Shown: positions 38,976 to 52,063 of the stretch, piece after piece | Layout: every line of letters starts with the position of its first letter | Numbering within the stretch: position 1 is the first letter of the stretch | From: the human T2T-CHM13v2.0 reference genome, Homo sapiens | Length of the DNA: 64,000 bases | NCBI RefSeq assembly: GCF_009914755.1 | Contig: NC_060937.1 | Direction: 5' to 3' (one strand) | Made by a program: the position numbers and the translations under genes | The notes under the pieces: model-generated | Told to the model about the DNA's origin: nothing | Database searches by the model: none | What the model saw: only the letters and a program-made list of their open reading frames with translations

Positions 38976-39119
38976 TCATTTTCTTAGATTTCTAAGAAAG
39001 AAAACTGGTGGTTGAGATTACTTACCTGTTGAAATGAAAACTTCTTAAGAGTATTAGAAAATTAATGACAATAAATGTTTATAAGGTGATGACAACGAAC
39101 TTATAAACAATCCAGAACT

Positions 39120-39540
39120 TAAGGTTCTAGCCAAGATGAAGCAGTTCATTCCTTTCCCTTGCACCTAAAAAACCCTGTACATAACACAACAAACAAGTGT
39201 GAAAAGACTCTGAAAGGTAGAAAGAAGAAGGAAACTATCCAGAACCTCAGAACTTGAGGAATGACACTGCAGGAAGTTCCTTGGGTTTTCTTATTGCTAC
39301 CTATAACTCTGTGACAGGACGCTGCAGACACCCACAACCCAGAGCTACCAATAGGCATAGATAAAAATAAGCTCCAAGGAAAGCCTGCTTTCTCTGAACA
39401 AAGGGACAGCAAATGTACCAAAAGAACTCTCCAACTCACCCCTCGCAGTTCCAGCAAGGCAAAAAGGGAGTTAATTTTCTACCATCTCTTGATCCCATGG
39501 AAGCAGGCAGTGTATTTCTATATCCCCACAAGGTAGGGTT
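39120..39540 (+). mobile_element. Old L1M 5' UTR fragment
   Basis: TTCTAGCCAAGATG...AACAAACAAG...AAGACTCTGAAAGGTAGAAAGAAGAAGG. Confidence 0.7.
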
Positions 39541-39749
39541 GGTATCTAATCATTATCTAGATATCTAATCATTTCCTTACATCAGTGAGTTATGTGAACT
39601 TCTAGTGATTGATTAATAACCATGCATTGTTTAGAGACTTCTATAGATTATAACCTCTAATAATTATGTTAGATTAAAAGTAACAAGGGAATTAAAATAT
39701 CCCTCCCATGGCCCTACCACACTCCTCCAACAAATAAAATCAATGTGTC

Positions 39750-40925
39750 ATTTGCTGAGGATACAGCAGTGAACAAAATGAAAAGTGTCTACAAGGAAAA
39801 GCAAAAAATAATCAAGAAAATAAATAAAATACATAGCGTATAGGATGCTGATGAGTATCAAGGAGAAAAAAACATGTAGCATGGAATGGAAATATGAAGT
39901 ATTCAAAAAAAGAGGACAGAGTTATTTTTTTTAGATAGGGAATGTTTCACTCAGGGGATATCATTTGAGTAAAGACTTACGGAAGTTGGAGAACCAGGTT
40001 TGGAGAGAACTAGAGGAAGATGTTGAGAGAAATATGTCTCACATATTCAAAGAGTGGACTGCTGAGGAAGTGAGTAGTTAAGATGTAAGAATTGGAGGCT
40101 ATCATTCAGGTGTATATTATGGGAATAATTGTAAGAACTTTGACTTTAATTCTGATTGGCAATGGAAACTATTAAAGTATTTTTAGCAGAAGGGTGACAT
40201 GATTACCTCACATGTTAATTTGATCACTTTGGCTGCTCCATTAAGAATAGACTATAGCAAGGCAAAGGCAGATGGAGCTATTCCAATAATTGGGGATAAT
40301 ATGATAATTGGTTGGATTAGGAAGTGTTAGTCTTGTAGTTCATGGGCTGTGATTGAAGATAGAACCAATTGGATGCACTGATAGATTAGGTATAGAATGT
40401 GAGAGAAATTAAGGAGTGTAGGCTGACTCCAGGTATTTTTACCTGGACAGTTAGGCTATAGAATTTCCATTTCTTGAAATGAGGAGTATTATGACAAGCA
40501 CAAGTTTGTGGGAATTTTTTGTCTTTTGTTTTCTGCTATAGGCTATGTTTTCGTTTTTGATTTTGGCGTCGGGATAGGCGGGAGGTTTCAGAAACAATAA
40601 AGAGGAACCAAACATAAATGAAATAGCCAGAAGAGTAAAAGGAAAATAAAATGAGCATAATGACTTGGAAAACAAATGAAGAAAGTATTTTGGGGAAGAG
40701 GGAATGATTGACTGTTTAATGCTGCTGATATATCAAACAAAATGGAACCAAAAATTGACGATTAGATTTACTAATGTGAAGGTCACTAGTGACCTTGACA
40801 TAGAGTAGTGGAGAATAAAGACTGATTGATGTGGAGTCAAGAGGGAATTGCTGGAGACAAACTGGAAACACTAAGAATGGAAAATTAACATAAAGAGAAG
40901 GGGAGTGTAGACAGCATGAATAAAA
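39750..40925 (-). mobile_element. L2
   Basis: GATACAGCAGTGAACAAA...GATCACTTTGGCTGCT...GACTCCAGGTATTTTT...GGTCACTAGTGACCTTGAC. Confidence 0.85.
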
Positions 40926-40929
40926 GTAG

Positions 40930-41105
40930 TACCAGCTCAAGTTTATTGAGCCTTTTATGTGTGCCAACATAAGTACTTTATGTATTTTGTTTCATTGAGT
41001 TCTTATAACAAAGCTATGAGATAAATATTATTACTCTCCACATTTTAAGGGTGAGAAAATAGGTACATCAAGGTTAGGAAACTTGTCCAAGATCACAGAG
41101 AAATG
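40930..41105 (-). mobile_element. MIR
   Basis: TTTATTGAGC...CCACATTTTAAGGGTGAGAAAA...AACTTGTCCAAGATCACAG. Confidence 0.8.
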
Positions 41106-41144
41106 ATTTTTAAGCTCTTTGTTATGCTAACATTCAGGTAGTAA

Positions 41145-41585
41145 AACTGTATTGCTCAGAACATTTTTGCTATTTGTTGGACTTAAAGCAAAGAGGTCCA
41201 TCAACAAATTTCATATAGCAGGAAGTCTGATGTTGCATGGTTATAGGTTTAGTTAACTCAGCAACTCAATGTCAGAGGTGCTGTTTTTGTTTTTGCAAAA
41301 AGTCTACAGCAGCTTTTAAAAATCACATTTTCATAGAGCAACACTTGAAAGCTGGAAGGAAGGGCAAGGAGATTCTCTCAGTGAGTATTTTATAAAGTGA
41401 GAAAACTTTCCTAGAATTCTCAACTTTTGTGCCCTATTGGCTAAAATAGAATAATTTACTAGGGTGCTTACCGCAAGGGAGGCTGGGAAAACTAGCACCC
41501 AGCCTTTTCAACCTTTGTAACGAGAGTTGAGTCACACCAGCAGAGAGAAGAAAGTGAAGAATGGCTGCTAAGTTAACAAATGTAG
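41145..41585 (-). mobile_element. Old MLT1 (MaLR) LTR
   Basis: TAGCAGGAAGTCTG...CCTATTGGCTAAAAT...GCAAGGGAGGCTGGGAAA. Confidence 0.6.
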
Positions 41586-41828
41586 ATCTGTCAGAAAGAA
41601 CATTCAGGTCACACATACAGAGAGAAGCATGATAATATCATATAACTAAACCTATTGAGTAAAGAGACAGCCAGCACATTGAGATGGTATTACAAAGGAG
41701 TGGCAAAGACTGTAAGCTAGGCTTAATATAAAATGTGAGAATTTGTGGTTACCAAGTAAGTGGTCTAAAATATCCTAGGGCTGATCAACATAGAAAAGGC
41801 ATTAGAAGACTATTCCCTATCCACTTAC

Positions 41829-41965
41829 ACAACTTGTGCATTTATCCACTCGGTCCTTTTCATTTACCACAGACAGCCATGATTCAAGTTTGCCTCACAT
41901 TCAGTGTCCTCACAAAATTTGTAGTTCAGTATGGTTCCAGAAGTTAAAATTGTGTTAAAGTCAAT
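41829..41965 (-). pseudogene. Candidate pseudo-exon (VIT-vWA linker)
   Basis: DFNTILTSGTILNYKFCEDTECEANLNHGCLW*MKRTEWINAQV; donor TGT|GTAAGT phase 2 matches the exon at 37191; no intact acceptor seen. Confidence 0.4.
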
Positions 41966-42509
41966 TATAGCAAAAGATGTGTGTACTCTGGGATTACCTC
42001 ACTATTTATGTATTTACGCTTTCACATTTCTCAGGTTTTAACCTAAAGATCATTTCCATAGCTGGCCCTCTCCTGAGCACTTTTTACCATTGACGAGTTT
42101 CTCCTCTGTTCTATTGCATATACCTTGTCTTATTATCTTAGACCCCCCATTTGGGTATGTTTTCTCTATATGTCACCAAACACATTGAATTTTAATTTCA
42201 TCATTTTTGTATTGGATTAGACTAGATCTCCCAGGTCTATTTGACAGTAAACATTCTGCTAATTATTTAAGTGGGAAAACAAGGTAATTAAGTAAAACAA
42301 ATACAAAAATTTGCAACAGCATGTAAGCAAGTATGTTTGGTATTATTTCACTTGCACCAAAAGATGTTTTTTGTTGACTCCCCTGTTGTCCACCTAGATT
42401 TCTTGTTAGGAAAATTTAAAAGGAAAGAGGAGCTAACTACACTTGTAATCTTATTGGAGGAAGTTATTGATGACAAACAGTTATTTGTAATGTAGATAGA
42501 TATTGAATT

Positions 42510-43990
42510 TAAAAAGAAAATTTAGTGTTTATGGATTAGAAGACTTAATATTAGTAAAATGTCTGTACTACCCAAAACAATCTATAGATTCAATTCAACC
42601 TGTACAAAAGTCTCAATGTCATTTTTTACAGAAATTAAAAAAAATAAATAAAATTTTTGTGAAATCTCAGGGGACCCCAAGTAACCAAAACAAAAGATAG
42701 CTGGAGGCCTCAAACTTCCTGATTCCAGAACATATTACGTAGCCAGAGTGATCAAAAAAGTATGTACCAACATGCAGGAGAAAGAAAAGTCTCTTCAACA
42801 ATTGATGGTGAGAAAATTGATTATCCACATGCAAAAGAAAGAAGCTGGACCCTCATCTTAGACCATCTAGAAAAAAATAACTTGAAATGAATTAAAAGCC
42901 TAAATATAAGACCTGAAACTATGAAACTACTAGAAGAAAACATAACAGGAAAGTTTCAGGACATTGGATTTGGCAGTCATTTTCTGAATATAATAGCAAA
43001 AGCACAAGCAACAGCAACAACAAAAAAGGCAAAGATAATACATCAAACTTAAAAACCTCTGCATAGTAAAGGAAACAATAGTGTGAAAAGATCATCTATG
43101 CAATGGGAGAAAATATTTGCAACCCATATATGTTATAAGGGGTTAATATTCAGACTATATAAAGAATTTCTATAACTTAACAACAACAAAACCAAATAAC
43201 CAATTACAAATGAACAAAGGACCTGAATAGATATTTCTTCAGAGAAGTTATATAAATCACCAACAAGCATAGGAAAAGATGCTCAACATCACTAATCATC
43301 AGGGGAATAAAACTAAAATTACAATGAAATATCATCTGCCACCCATTAGTATGACCATCATTTAAAAAAAAAAATAACAATTGCTGGTAAAGATTTGGGG
43401 AAACTGGAATTCTAGTACACTGTTGGTGGGATTATGAAACAATGCAGCCATGATGAAAGCAGTATGAAGTTTCCTCAAAAAATTAAAAATACTATATGAT
43501 CCAATAATTCCACTTCAGAGTATGTATCCAAAAGGAATAAAAATAGGCTCTTGAAGAGATATTTGCAACTTATCTTTATCACAGCATTATTCTTAACAGC
43601 CAAGAGGTGGAAGCAACCTAAGTGTCTATTAATGGATGACTGGACAAAGAAAATATGATATATGCATATCATGGAATATTCTTCAGCCTTAAGCGAGGAA
43701 GAAAAGCCTGTTATATGCTACACAAGGATGAACCTTGAGAACATTATGCTACAAAAGGGCAAATATTGCATGGTTCCACTTATTTGAGGTATTTACTCAA
43801 CCTCACAGAAACAGATAGTAGAATAGTTGTCATTAGGGGCTGGAAAAAGAGTGAAAGGGGAGTTGTTCAATGTGTGTAGAGTTTTAATTTTGCAAGATGA
43901 AAAAGTTCAAACATCTGTTATATAATAATGTGCATATAACTAACACTACTGTACTGCATACCTAAATATGCTTTTTTACTACAATAAAAA
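42510..43990 (+). mobile_element. L1MB-type 3' portion
   Basis: ORF2 3' end (TATCCACATGCAAAAGAA, GATGCTCAACATCACTAATCATCAGGG) and 3' UTR (TTTTGCAAGATGAAAAAGTTC). Confidence 0.92.
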
Positions 43991-44109
43991 TGAGCACATG
44001 AAATTTTAGCCAGAAGAAAATTATGTGTATTCACAGTGATCTGAAATTGCTCAACTATAACGAAAAATTTCATACGGAAAATTTACAATGTGTTGGGTGC
44101 AGTGAAGGA

Positions 44110-44270
44110 GCCTGATAGGGACTGCTTATGGTTCTATTCTACCAATGAGGAAATCAGGTTAGAAGATTAAGTTTTTGGCCTAAAGACACACATCTCGGTA
44201 AGTGGTTACATTATTATTCAAATTAAGGACACCTGATTTTAAGCATGGTAAATATTTTGCAGTGTGAAAT
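44110..44270 (-). mobile_element. MIR fragment
   Basis: ATGAGGAAATCAGG...TTGGCCTAAAGACACACA. Confidence 0.6.
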
Positions 44271-44902
44271 TTTGGTATAGTAAACTTTATTAACTTTGCC
44301 AAGCTCATCAAGTTGATAACTATACATTAGTTCATCTTATTTACAATATACAAATATGTATATATACACATGGAATAGATGTAGACACTTCATAACAGCA
44401 GTGCATCCTGCAATTCTGCCTCTAACGATCTTTACCTCATTTGCTACTTTTTACTACTCTTTCTCCCACGGTATAAGAGGAAACATGGATTATTATCTCA
44501 TTTTGTTGTTGAAAAAAATGATGTTAGGAGAAGTTAAAGTAAGTTTATCAAAGCAAATATTTTGTTAATAGCAGAATCAAGAAAAAAAAAAAACACACAT
44601 CTTCTTGGTCTTTGTCCAGTGCTTTTCCCAAAAAGTATGTTACTAGCTACCATTTGGTAATTTTACACACTATTAAAAAATGACTAAAGTGTCCTCAATG
44701 CTTCACATAAATTTAAAAAATAAAGCACAAGCTTTCCAAGAAATGTCTAGCCATGAGCTCCTTAGGACTTTATTCTTTTTCTCCTAGGAGGTTTGCATTA
44801 TGTCTCATCTATTATAATAGCACTCATATAAAAAGTTTTAGAAGCCCTGTTTAAAATATTTTCTTAATCTATGTGTTGCCATAAATACATCTACGGAAAT
44901 AG

Positions 44903-45286
<384 letters not shown>

Positions 45287-45340
45287 AGACACCAACTTTT
45301 TCTTAGGCTGTGCTTGATTTATGTTCGTTACGTATATAAT

Positions 45341-45414
45341 CCTCTCTGTCTCTCTCTCTCTTTCTCTGTCTTTGTATCTGTCTCTGTCTTTCTGTCTTTC
45401 TCTCTCTCTCTCTG
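45341..45414. repeat. (CT)n/(CTGT)n simple repeat
   Basis: Directly visible. Confidence 0.9.
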
Positions 45415-45454
45415 TATTACTATTTCAGTGCAAATGACACTCTGTTCCACATAC

Positions 45455-45740
45455 CTCTGTTCACTTCTTCCTGTCTTAGCTCTGCTTAGTGATTTATTGT
45501 TCCCAGACAGTTCCCATTCTTATGGCCTTCCCACATAGTAGATGTGCTTCCTCAGTTGTTTGTGTGGTTCCCTGACAATATTGTTTATACTGCAAGCCAA
45601 CTAAGAGAGGCTTTAGCTTCTTAGCCTCCTCTAATTATTCAGATTTGCACTCTTTTAAAGTCAGTTGAACAGAGGAAGACAGCGGATCAGATGCAGCTTA
45701 TGCTAGTTTTTTAAGATTGATCTTTTCTTCCTATCTGTGT
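45455..45740 (-). pseudogene. Pseudo-exon, end of VIT-like domain 1
   Basis: EEKINLKKLA*AASDPLSSSVQLTLKECKSE*LEEAKKLKPLLVGLQYKQYC...; donor GAG|GTATGT; phase-2 start joins the exon ending at 46672. Confidence 0.55.
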
Positions 45741-46671
45741 CTTACAAGAACAGTATTTATTTTATTATTTTAATTTATGAGTAATTCATTATTTACTCTT
45801 TCATTGTATACAATCTCTCTTTTTCTCTACAGCGTCTAATTCTATTATTTCTTTTAAAATGACATTTAAAAATAAATCTGTGGTATTATTTGAAGTGTAG
45901 GTTTAACTGGAGGCATAATCGAGGCTTTTACCTCTACCTTGGTTTTATTCTTTAAATAAGTATTTATAGGATCGTAATATGTGGAGGAGGTAATATACAG
46001 ATCACAGACATCCGCTACTACTTAATACAAAGAAGGAAGGATCCAAGTCCATCCAGAAATCTACTAAAGTCAACTATGTCTTAGGTGAAACGAAAATATA
46101 AGAGCAGTGATTCAGAAGAGAATATGAATGGAGAGGAAAACATGCATTTGGGAGAATGAATTTTTAGTTATTATTTATCCAAAATGTAGAAGATGAATAC
46201 CTGTGGGACATGAGTAAACATCACTTTTTTTTCTAATTTGTTCTTCATTAATAGTTTGCTATTGTTCTCTAGCACTTTGTTTTCCATAATTCGATTGTAA
46301 AAAGCTCAAAGAGCCTCATATGTGCACCATAGGCGTAGTAATGGCTCAGTGACTGATGAGAAAAAAAATGGTATACATTTTTTAATTTCTCAAAAATATT
46401 ATGATGTTATTTAATTTCAAAATATACTAGATAGAGAACATGAGTCTTTGAAGCCATTTCTCTTGAAAAAATAAAAATCTTGAGAGCTTCTCTCATTCAG
46501 CTAAGAACTTCTGGCAAAAGCACTAATAATAATTTGTCTTATATTGAGTTAATTTTTTTCCTTCTTTATAATAGTGTTTTATTAAGGTATTATCCTCAAA
46601 AGATTGTGTTCAAATTTATTGCAGATTAAATTCCTGGAAAAGGGATTGTAATTTGAAATAACGGTACTCAC

Positions 46672-47410
46672 ATCTTATTTTCCCAGTGGAACAAAATTAT
46701 AATAGAAGGTTACATTTCTAACCCTGAGAGAGCCTGATGCCCGTTTTTATAGAAATAGCCACAAATATCATGTTTAATTAACTGTAAATGATATATCAAT
46801 ATAATTCGAGATTTAGAATTCTTTGTATTCTAAAGGATATATACTTTGGGGAAGGAGAACAGCACAGTGACCCATCACATAAAATTGCATTTATATAATA
46901 GAGTACAACAGAATACATTAATAAAAACTTAAAATAATGGATTATATGGTGGGGCATGTGAAAGTATTTTAGAGGCACAGAGCCCAGCCTTTAAAGTTTG
47001 GAACCAGTGCCACAATACCTTGAGGGTCAGAATACCAGGCTACTGGCCAAAAATTCCTGTGCCCAGAGTGCTCTGGTTCCTATAAATGACACTGGAGTCA
47101 ATGGGAACAGCAAATAATTCCTTTGAAAACCTTGTTAGCAAACGTGACTTCACATCCCCGGTTACTCTAATCACCCACCACACAGCATATCTTCCCACAC
47201 AGAAATATCTTCAGGTATCTGTGCCGTCCCATATTCTTGTCCAATAATAATCTGTGTTTCCTCTCTCCTAACCTTGCCTTACAGTGTTCTTCCTCCCTAA
47301 CCTTTGCACTTGGACCTTGGTTTCACTGAAAATTTTAACATCTTGCCTTAAGCAAAAATGTTTTCTCCTTAAATACGCTACTAGCGCTGAAGCACCCACA
47401 AGTAAAAGCT
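46672..47410 (-). pseudogene. Pseudo-exon, VIT-like domain 1 region
   Basis: Frameshifted pieces ETQIIIGQEYG..., VIRVTGDVKSRLLTRFSKELFAVPIDSS..., YIDISFTV/KHDICGYFYKNG; donor GAT|GTGAGT; 5' boundary unclear (abuts MLT1). Confidence 0.45.
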
Positions 47411-47414
47411 ATCT

Positions 47415-47852
47415 GTGACGAAGACTTGGTACCTGTTCATCAAAACCTGTTTCTGTTTTTGTTTTTGTTTTTGTTTTTCCACTTGGCCTAGCAGCCCTCA
47501 CAAATAAGTGTGACCATGTGCCAATGTGTGTAAGGAAAAATGTGAGTGCTGCTTCCAGTTATGGCCCATAAAAACTTCTTATGTGCAATCTTGTAAAGGA
47601 TCTTCCCTTTTCCTGCTGGCTTTACTGGAGACCACCCCAGGGAAGCCTTGGGAACCACCTATGGAGATGACAGTAGAGCCAAGGTCAGAACGAACCTGGG
47701 TCCTTAAATCATTTCTTGGACGAGAGCCAGTCAGAAGAGCTGACAACTGAGATTGTTGCATGAGTGCAAAAAGTAATAATAATTTTTATTTTAAGACACT
47801 AAATTATGGATGCTTTTTTGTTACAACAGTGAGCAGTGCCCTAATGAATACA
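47415..47852 (+). mobile_element. MLT1 (MaLR) LTR
   Basis: TGTGACCATGTG...ACCTGGGTCCTTAAATCA...TTTAAGACACT...TTTGTTACAACAG...TAATGAATACA. Confidence 0.75.
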
Positions 47853-47854
47853 CT

Positions 47855-49690
47855 GCCAATTCATCCACACCATAATGCCCTAGGACTAAGAGACATTTTT
47901 TGCATACTCCTTGTTTTGTATTCCCTAATGCCTTTTCATCTCCAGTAAGTTTCCTCCTTTTCAGTTTCTCTTCCCATGGCACCAAACTGAAATTTATCAT
48001 TACCCAGAATGTCGATATCTTGGAGATACTAAATTCAAACATCCCACTCTCCAATCACAGCGTCCTTTTAGCTCATTCATTCAGTTATTCTTACTTAGCT
48101 TGATTTTCATCTTCTTACCGTATTTATTTCCTTGACTCTTCCATTTTCTCCCTCCACTCCTTAACTGCTCTCTCTGTCTAACTTAGATTGGGTGGTCCAG
48201 CACGTCCATCAGCCTCTTGGTATTGGCAATCCCATTTGCCAATTTAATCTCCTCAAGAGATTAGTGGCATGAATCTACATGGATTGGTACCTTTATCAAT
48301 GCAAGGTCTCTGATGTCAATGAAGTTCTCAACGTGCCTGGAAATAATTCTATATTTTCCTACTCAGCTCCTTCTACTGTCCACAGATGTTATTTCAAACT
48401 GTCTACATTTCCCCAAATCTATGATACCACAATTCTGCCTCTCTCCTAGCCAGGGCCTATTTCTCACTTCACAGAAAAAAGAAAAAGGAGTTGCTAGAAG
48501 GGACTATCTAATAACTTCTTGATCTGAAACCTAAACTTAAATCACATCTTGTTATAATGGAAACTGTTTTTCTATTATATTTAATTCTTCACCTTTGATT
48601 GAGATGTCTTAGGGTTGGTAGATAAAATATAGGATTCCCGGTTAAATTTGACTGTAAGATAATAAAATTATATATATGTATGCAATATATAATTATATAT
48701 GTAATAAGTCATATAACATATTATATAATATAATAAGTCACTGGCAATATTTAGAACATACTTATACTAAACAATTATTCATTGTTTATCTGAAATTCAA
48801 GTTCATCTGGGCATCCTGGTTTTGTTTTTTTGTTTTTGTTTTTGTTTTTGTTTTTTGCTTAATATGGCAACTTGATTCACTCCGCTTCTATCTTTTCTCC
48901 AATTTTTCACTAAATATTCTATTTTCTTTTCTGTTTTCAGTATTAGTTATTCCCCATAAACATTCAGGATATTCAGTTATCTCCTAAACTAAATCGTTTT
49001 GCATGGGCTGCATGGTCCTCTCCAGTGGCTTCTTATGTCTTGTGCTTTATAACCTATTGAAAGTCGTGTAGGCACACTATTTATTCTGTCTTCACTTCAC
49101 ATTCGGTAATCTGGCCTCTACCTTTACCAATCTACTGAATTTTCTCTCATCAGAGTTTGTATTAATTTTGCAAAATCATATGGACACTTAGTCTTGACCT
49201 TACTTGACTTTTAACTAGCATTCGACCCTAGTGAACTACTGCCCTGTTTCTTGAACTACTTTCTTTCCCTGGACATTCATGATACTGGAGTGGTCGTCTT
49301 GCTTTTGTCTCTCTGACTGTGCTTTGTACGCTCATTTTTGGGTCTCTCTTCTGCCTAAGCTTAAAGGTCATTGGTGTCGAGGCCCTCTGCCTTACGCACC
49401 CTTTCTAGGAAAGCGCCTATTCCAAGGCTTCAGTCATCATCTCTAGCACACCTGGAGCCCTGATCTCTATCCTGACATTTAGGTATGTATTTTCTGCTGT
49501 CTTCCAGACATAGCTACTTGGGTGTACTTCAAGATCATCAAATCTAATATGACTATAAGTAAACATCATCTCTACCTCCAAAGCATATTTACTTCCTTGG
49601 TCTAGATCTCATTGTAAGGCAGGAGGAAACTGAGTCTCATCTCTAAACACCCCAATCACTTCAAATCTTCAAACTAATTTATCTTCCAGT
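47855..49690 (+). mobile_element. L2 ORF2 region, interrupted by MER53
   Basis: Pyrimidine-rich L2 body with decayed RT motifs near 49130-49240 (CTTACTTGACTTTTAACTAGCATTCGAC). Confidence 0.75.
48610..48873 (+). mobile_element. MER53 (hAT MITE) with AT-rich central insertion
   Basis: TAGGGTTGGTAGATAAAATATAGGA...CATACTTATACTAAA...TTGTTTATCTGAAATTCAA...TGGCAAC. Confidence 0.88.
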
Positions 49691-49736
49691 ATTAAAAACT
49701 TTATTTCCTACACATATTTCAAATTAAGTCCCTCAC

Positions 49737-50075
49737 TTGCACCCCCTGTCTCCACTTTGAGACTTGCACCTTTACTTCAGACCCAGATTTCACACAAAAA
49801 TCCATACATGGTCCCACAGGACAGGAGGATTGGGATTGATCTGCTCCACCTGCTCTTCTCGAGAATCTTTTTATCAAAGTGTGTGAAACATTTTGTTTAC
49901 TGTTGCCATTGAAAAACAAGGGATCTGCCTTTGGAAATGTCTCAAATGGTGTAATGGAGTTAATGACTGGTTGCCTTCGCTGTCAAACCCTGGCTCCAAG
50001 AGAGAACATTAACAATGTCCAGACAACAGATAATCCACCTATTGCTAGCTTTCTGTTGTCCTATCTGATTCATGC
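49737..50075 (-). pseudogene. Pseudo-exon (339 nt, phase 0/0)
   Basis: CTAAC branch point, weak TAAG|G acceptor in frame with ORF 49719..49919; ...VINSITPFETFPKADPLFFNG...; donor CAA|GTGAGG. Confidence 0.55.
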
Positions 50076-50484
50076 CTTATTTAAAATAACTAAAAGTTAG
50101 GCCAACCATAGAAAAAAGGACTTATTTGTTATTTTGGCAAATGCTTAACAGAGAGATATTCATGGAACAACCAGTTAAATGATCTGTAGCCACAAGGATA
50201 TTGCACAGATATGGAGTATACAGTTCCAAAGAAAAATTTCTAGACATTATGTAGTCTTGATTACCTCTAAATATGCGTTATTATGAGATAGTGCTTTCTG
50301 CTGTCTCCATTGGTAGATGGAAATAATCTTTTCATTTGGAGCAAATGAAAGGTATCACAAGGAGCTCTAGAATATGTTCCTTCCCATGGTCCCATCCTTA
50401 TTCCTTTCTTCATGGGGAAACTATGGGGGGGATATATCTTGGGCTACTTTCGTAGCCAATGTATAGGCATTGTAATACTTATAA

Positions 50485-50691
50485 CCAGTTTCTCAGCCTC
50501 AGCACTATTGGACATGCTGGGGGCTGCTCTGAGCATTGTAAGATACCTAATAGCATTCTTGGCCTCTACCTATCAGATGCCAGTAGCATCCATATTCAAG
50601 TTGTGACAATAAAACGTCTCCAGGCATTTCCAAATGTCCTCTTTGAGTGAAGATGGGGGACAGCAAAATTGTTCCAGGGTGAGAATCACTG
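50485..50691 (+). mobile_element. MER20 (hAT-Charlie)
   Basis: TTCTCAGCCTCAGCACTATTG...TGGCCTCTACC...AGATGCCAGTAGCA...GTTGTGACAA...TGAGAATCACTG. Confidence 0.92.
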
Positions 50692-50781
50692 TTTTATACA
50701 TTATCCCATTAATATGTGATAAGATCTGCTATTCCTAAGGCAGAGCTCCTCTTCCACACCTCAGAAGGTTCATACACTTAC

Positions 50782-51683
50782 CTGAAGGGCTTACTTCTCC
50801 CATCCACCATCTTTGCACCTCCAAGTTGATCCAGTAGGCTCTTGGCTAATCTACCACCAGTAAAAAGGAACACCCTATGCTTTTGCATAAGCCAGGACTA
50901 CTGGCATTCCTTTAGGGTAACCCCAGCCTGTCATCCTGTGAGCCTTTCCAGGTGACTCTTAATGCTTCACTAGAAAGGTGTCCATTGACTGAGAATGAGG
51001 CCAGTAGCATGCACATTCCCTTTGTTCATTCCCGAGAAACAATAAATACTGATTATTTTCACCAAGATTTGCCACCTAGTAGTACATCCAATCTGATATT
51101 GATAAGGAAGTAAGGTAGTCATCTTGGTCCACATAAAATGGTATTCTCTCCACAGAGGGGTCTTCAAAATTTCTAAGATAGCCCATTTTAGTACTAGTTT
51201 AATAAGCAAGATACCAAAGTTTGATGTCAAACTTTTTGGGACTATTGCAAATTCTGAGGGTCTTTTTCCCTGCCATCACCCCTGATATCATTCTTCTCTC
51301 TAGTTCCTCCAATCTGGTATCAATGTTTGTTGAGGTTAGCAAATTAGATTTAGAAGCATTTTCTAGTTATTTCAGAAAAGTTCAGAATGGCTCTTCAGTG
51401 AAACCCCTACTCAAATCCTGCATGATAAATTACCCTGGATGCCTTTATATATAGAATTACATCATAATCAACAGTTAGCAAGGGGTCTCAGCACTGTTTT
51501 CTCTATGTGGTCTTACATTGTCTAAGACCTTAAGGAATCATACCTCATGTTCTTACAAATTCTTTCCAAAAATGCTGCTATCAACCACACCACATCTCCC
51601 AACAGCCTTTATTCCTAACTACTTTCCCATCAACTTCCCTGAAAGATGATGAGATTTCTGGAGATAGTACAAGTACTTTCAAA
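50782..51683 (-). pseudogene. Large pseudo-exon (902 nt), N-terminal globular domain
   Basis: Acceptor TTATTTGTTTTTTCAG|T, donor CAG|GTAAGT; one net frameshift near 51445; ...TRLEELERRMISG...YLRNFEDPSVERIPFYVDQDDY...MTGWGYPKGMPVVLAYAKA*GVPFYWW. Confidence 0.65.
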
Positions 51684-51762
51684 CTGAAAAAACAAATAAT
51701 AAAATACAAAATTTTAACTTATAACAAATGAGGTCTATCTTTTTCTATAGTGAAATACTCAT

Positions 51763-51999
51763 GCCTCAGTGCAGCCTTGACCTCCTAGGCTCAAGAGATC
51801 AGATCCTCCCACCTCAGCCTCCCTAGTAGCTGGGATTGCAGGTGTGTGCCATCAACCCTGACTAACTTTTTTTTGTATTTTTTTGTAGATATATGGTTTC
51901 ACCATATTGCCCAGGTTGGTCTTGAACTCCTGGACCCAAGAGATCCACCCACCTTGCTTGGAGTGCTGGGATTACAGGCATGAGCCACAATGCCTGGCC
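51763..51999 (-). mobile_element. AluJ, lacking the 3' end and tail
   Basis: GCAGCCTTGACCTCCTAGGCTCAAG...GATCCTCCCACCTCAGCC...GAGCCACAATGCCTGGCC. Confidence 0.92.
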
Positions 52000-52063
52000 A
52001 ACATTTCTTTTATCTTGTCCTTAAATGATTGACTTTTGACAGAGTAGTTCTACTGAAACATGC

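Noticed and set aside
47180-47260. IIIGQEYGTAQIPEDISVWE resembling the DUF4062 motif of NWD1/NWD2
   Set aside because: Spacing fits, but the expected upstream CLxEIxxC and downstream WYxxDxN elements are absent; treated as coincidence pending a search
50820-50920. KGMPVVL...AKA*GVPFYWW as glycoside hydrolase family 5
   Set aside because: The catalytic GEFG motif and the intervening helix are missing
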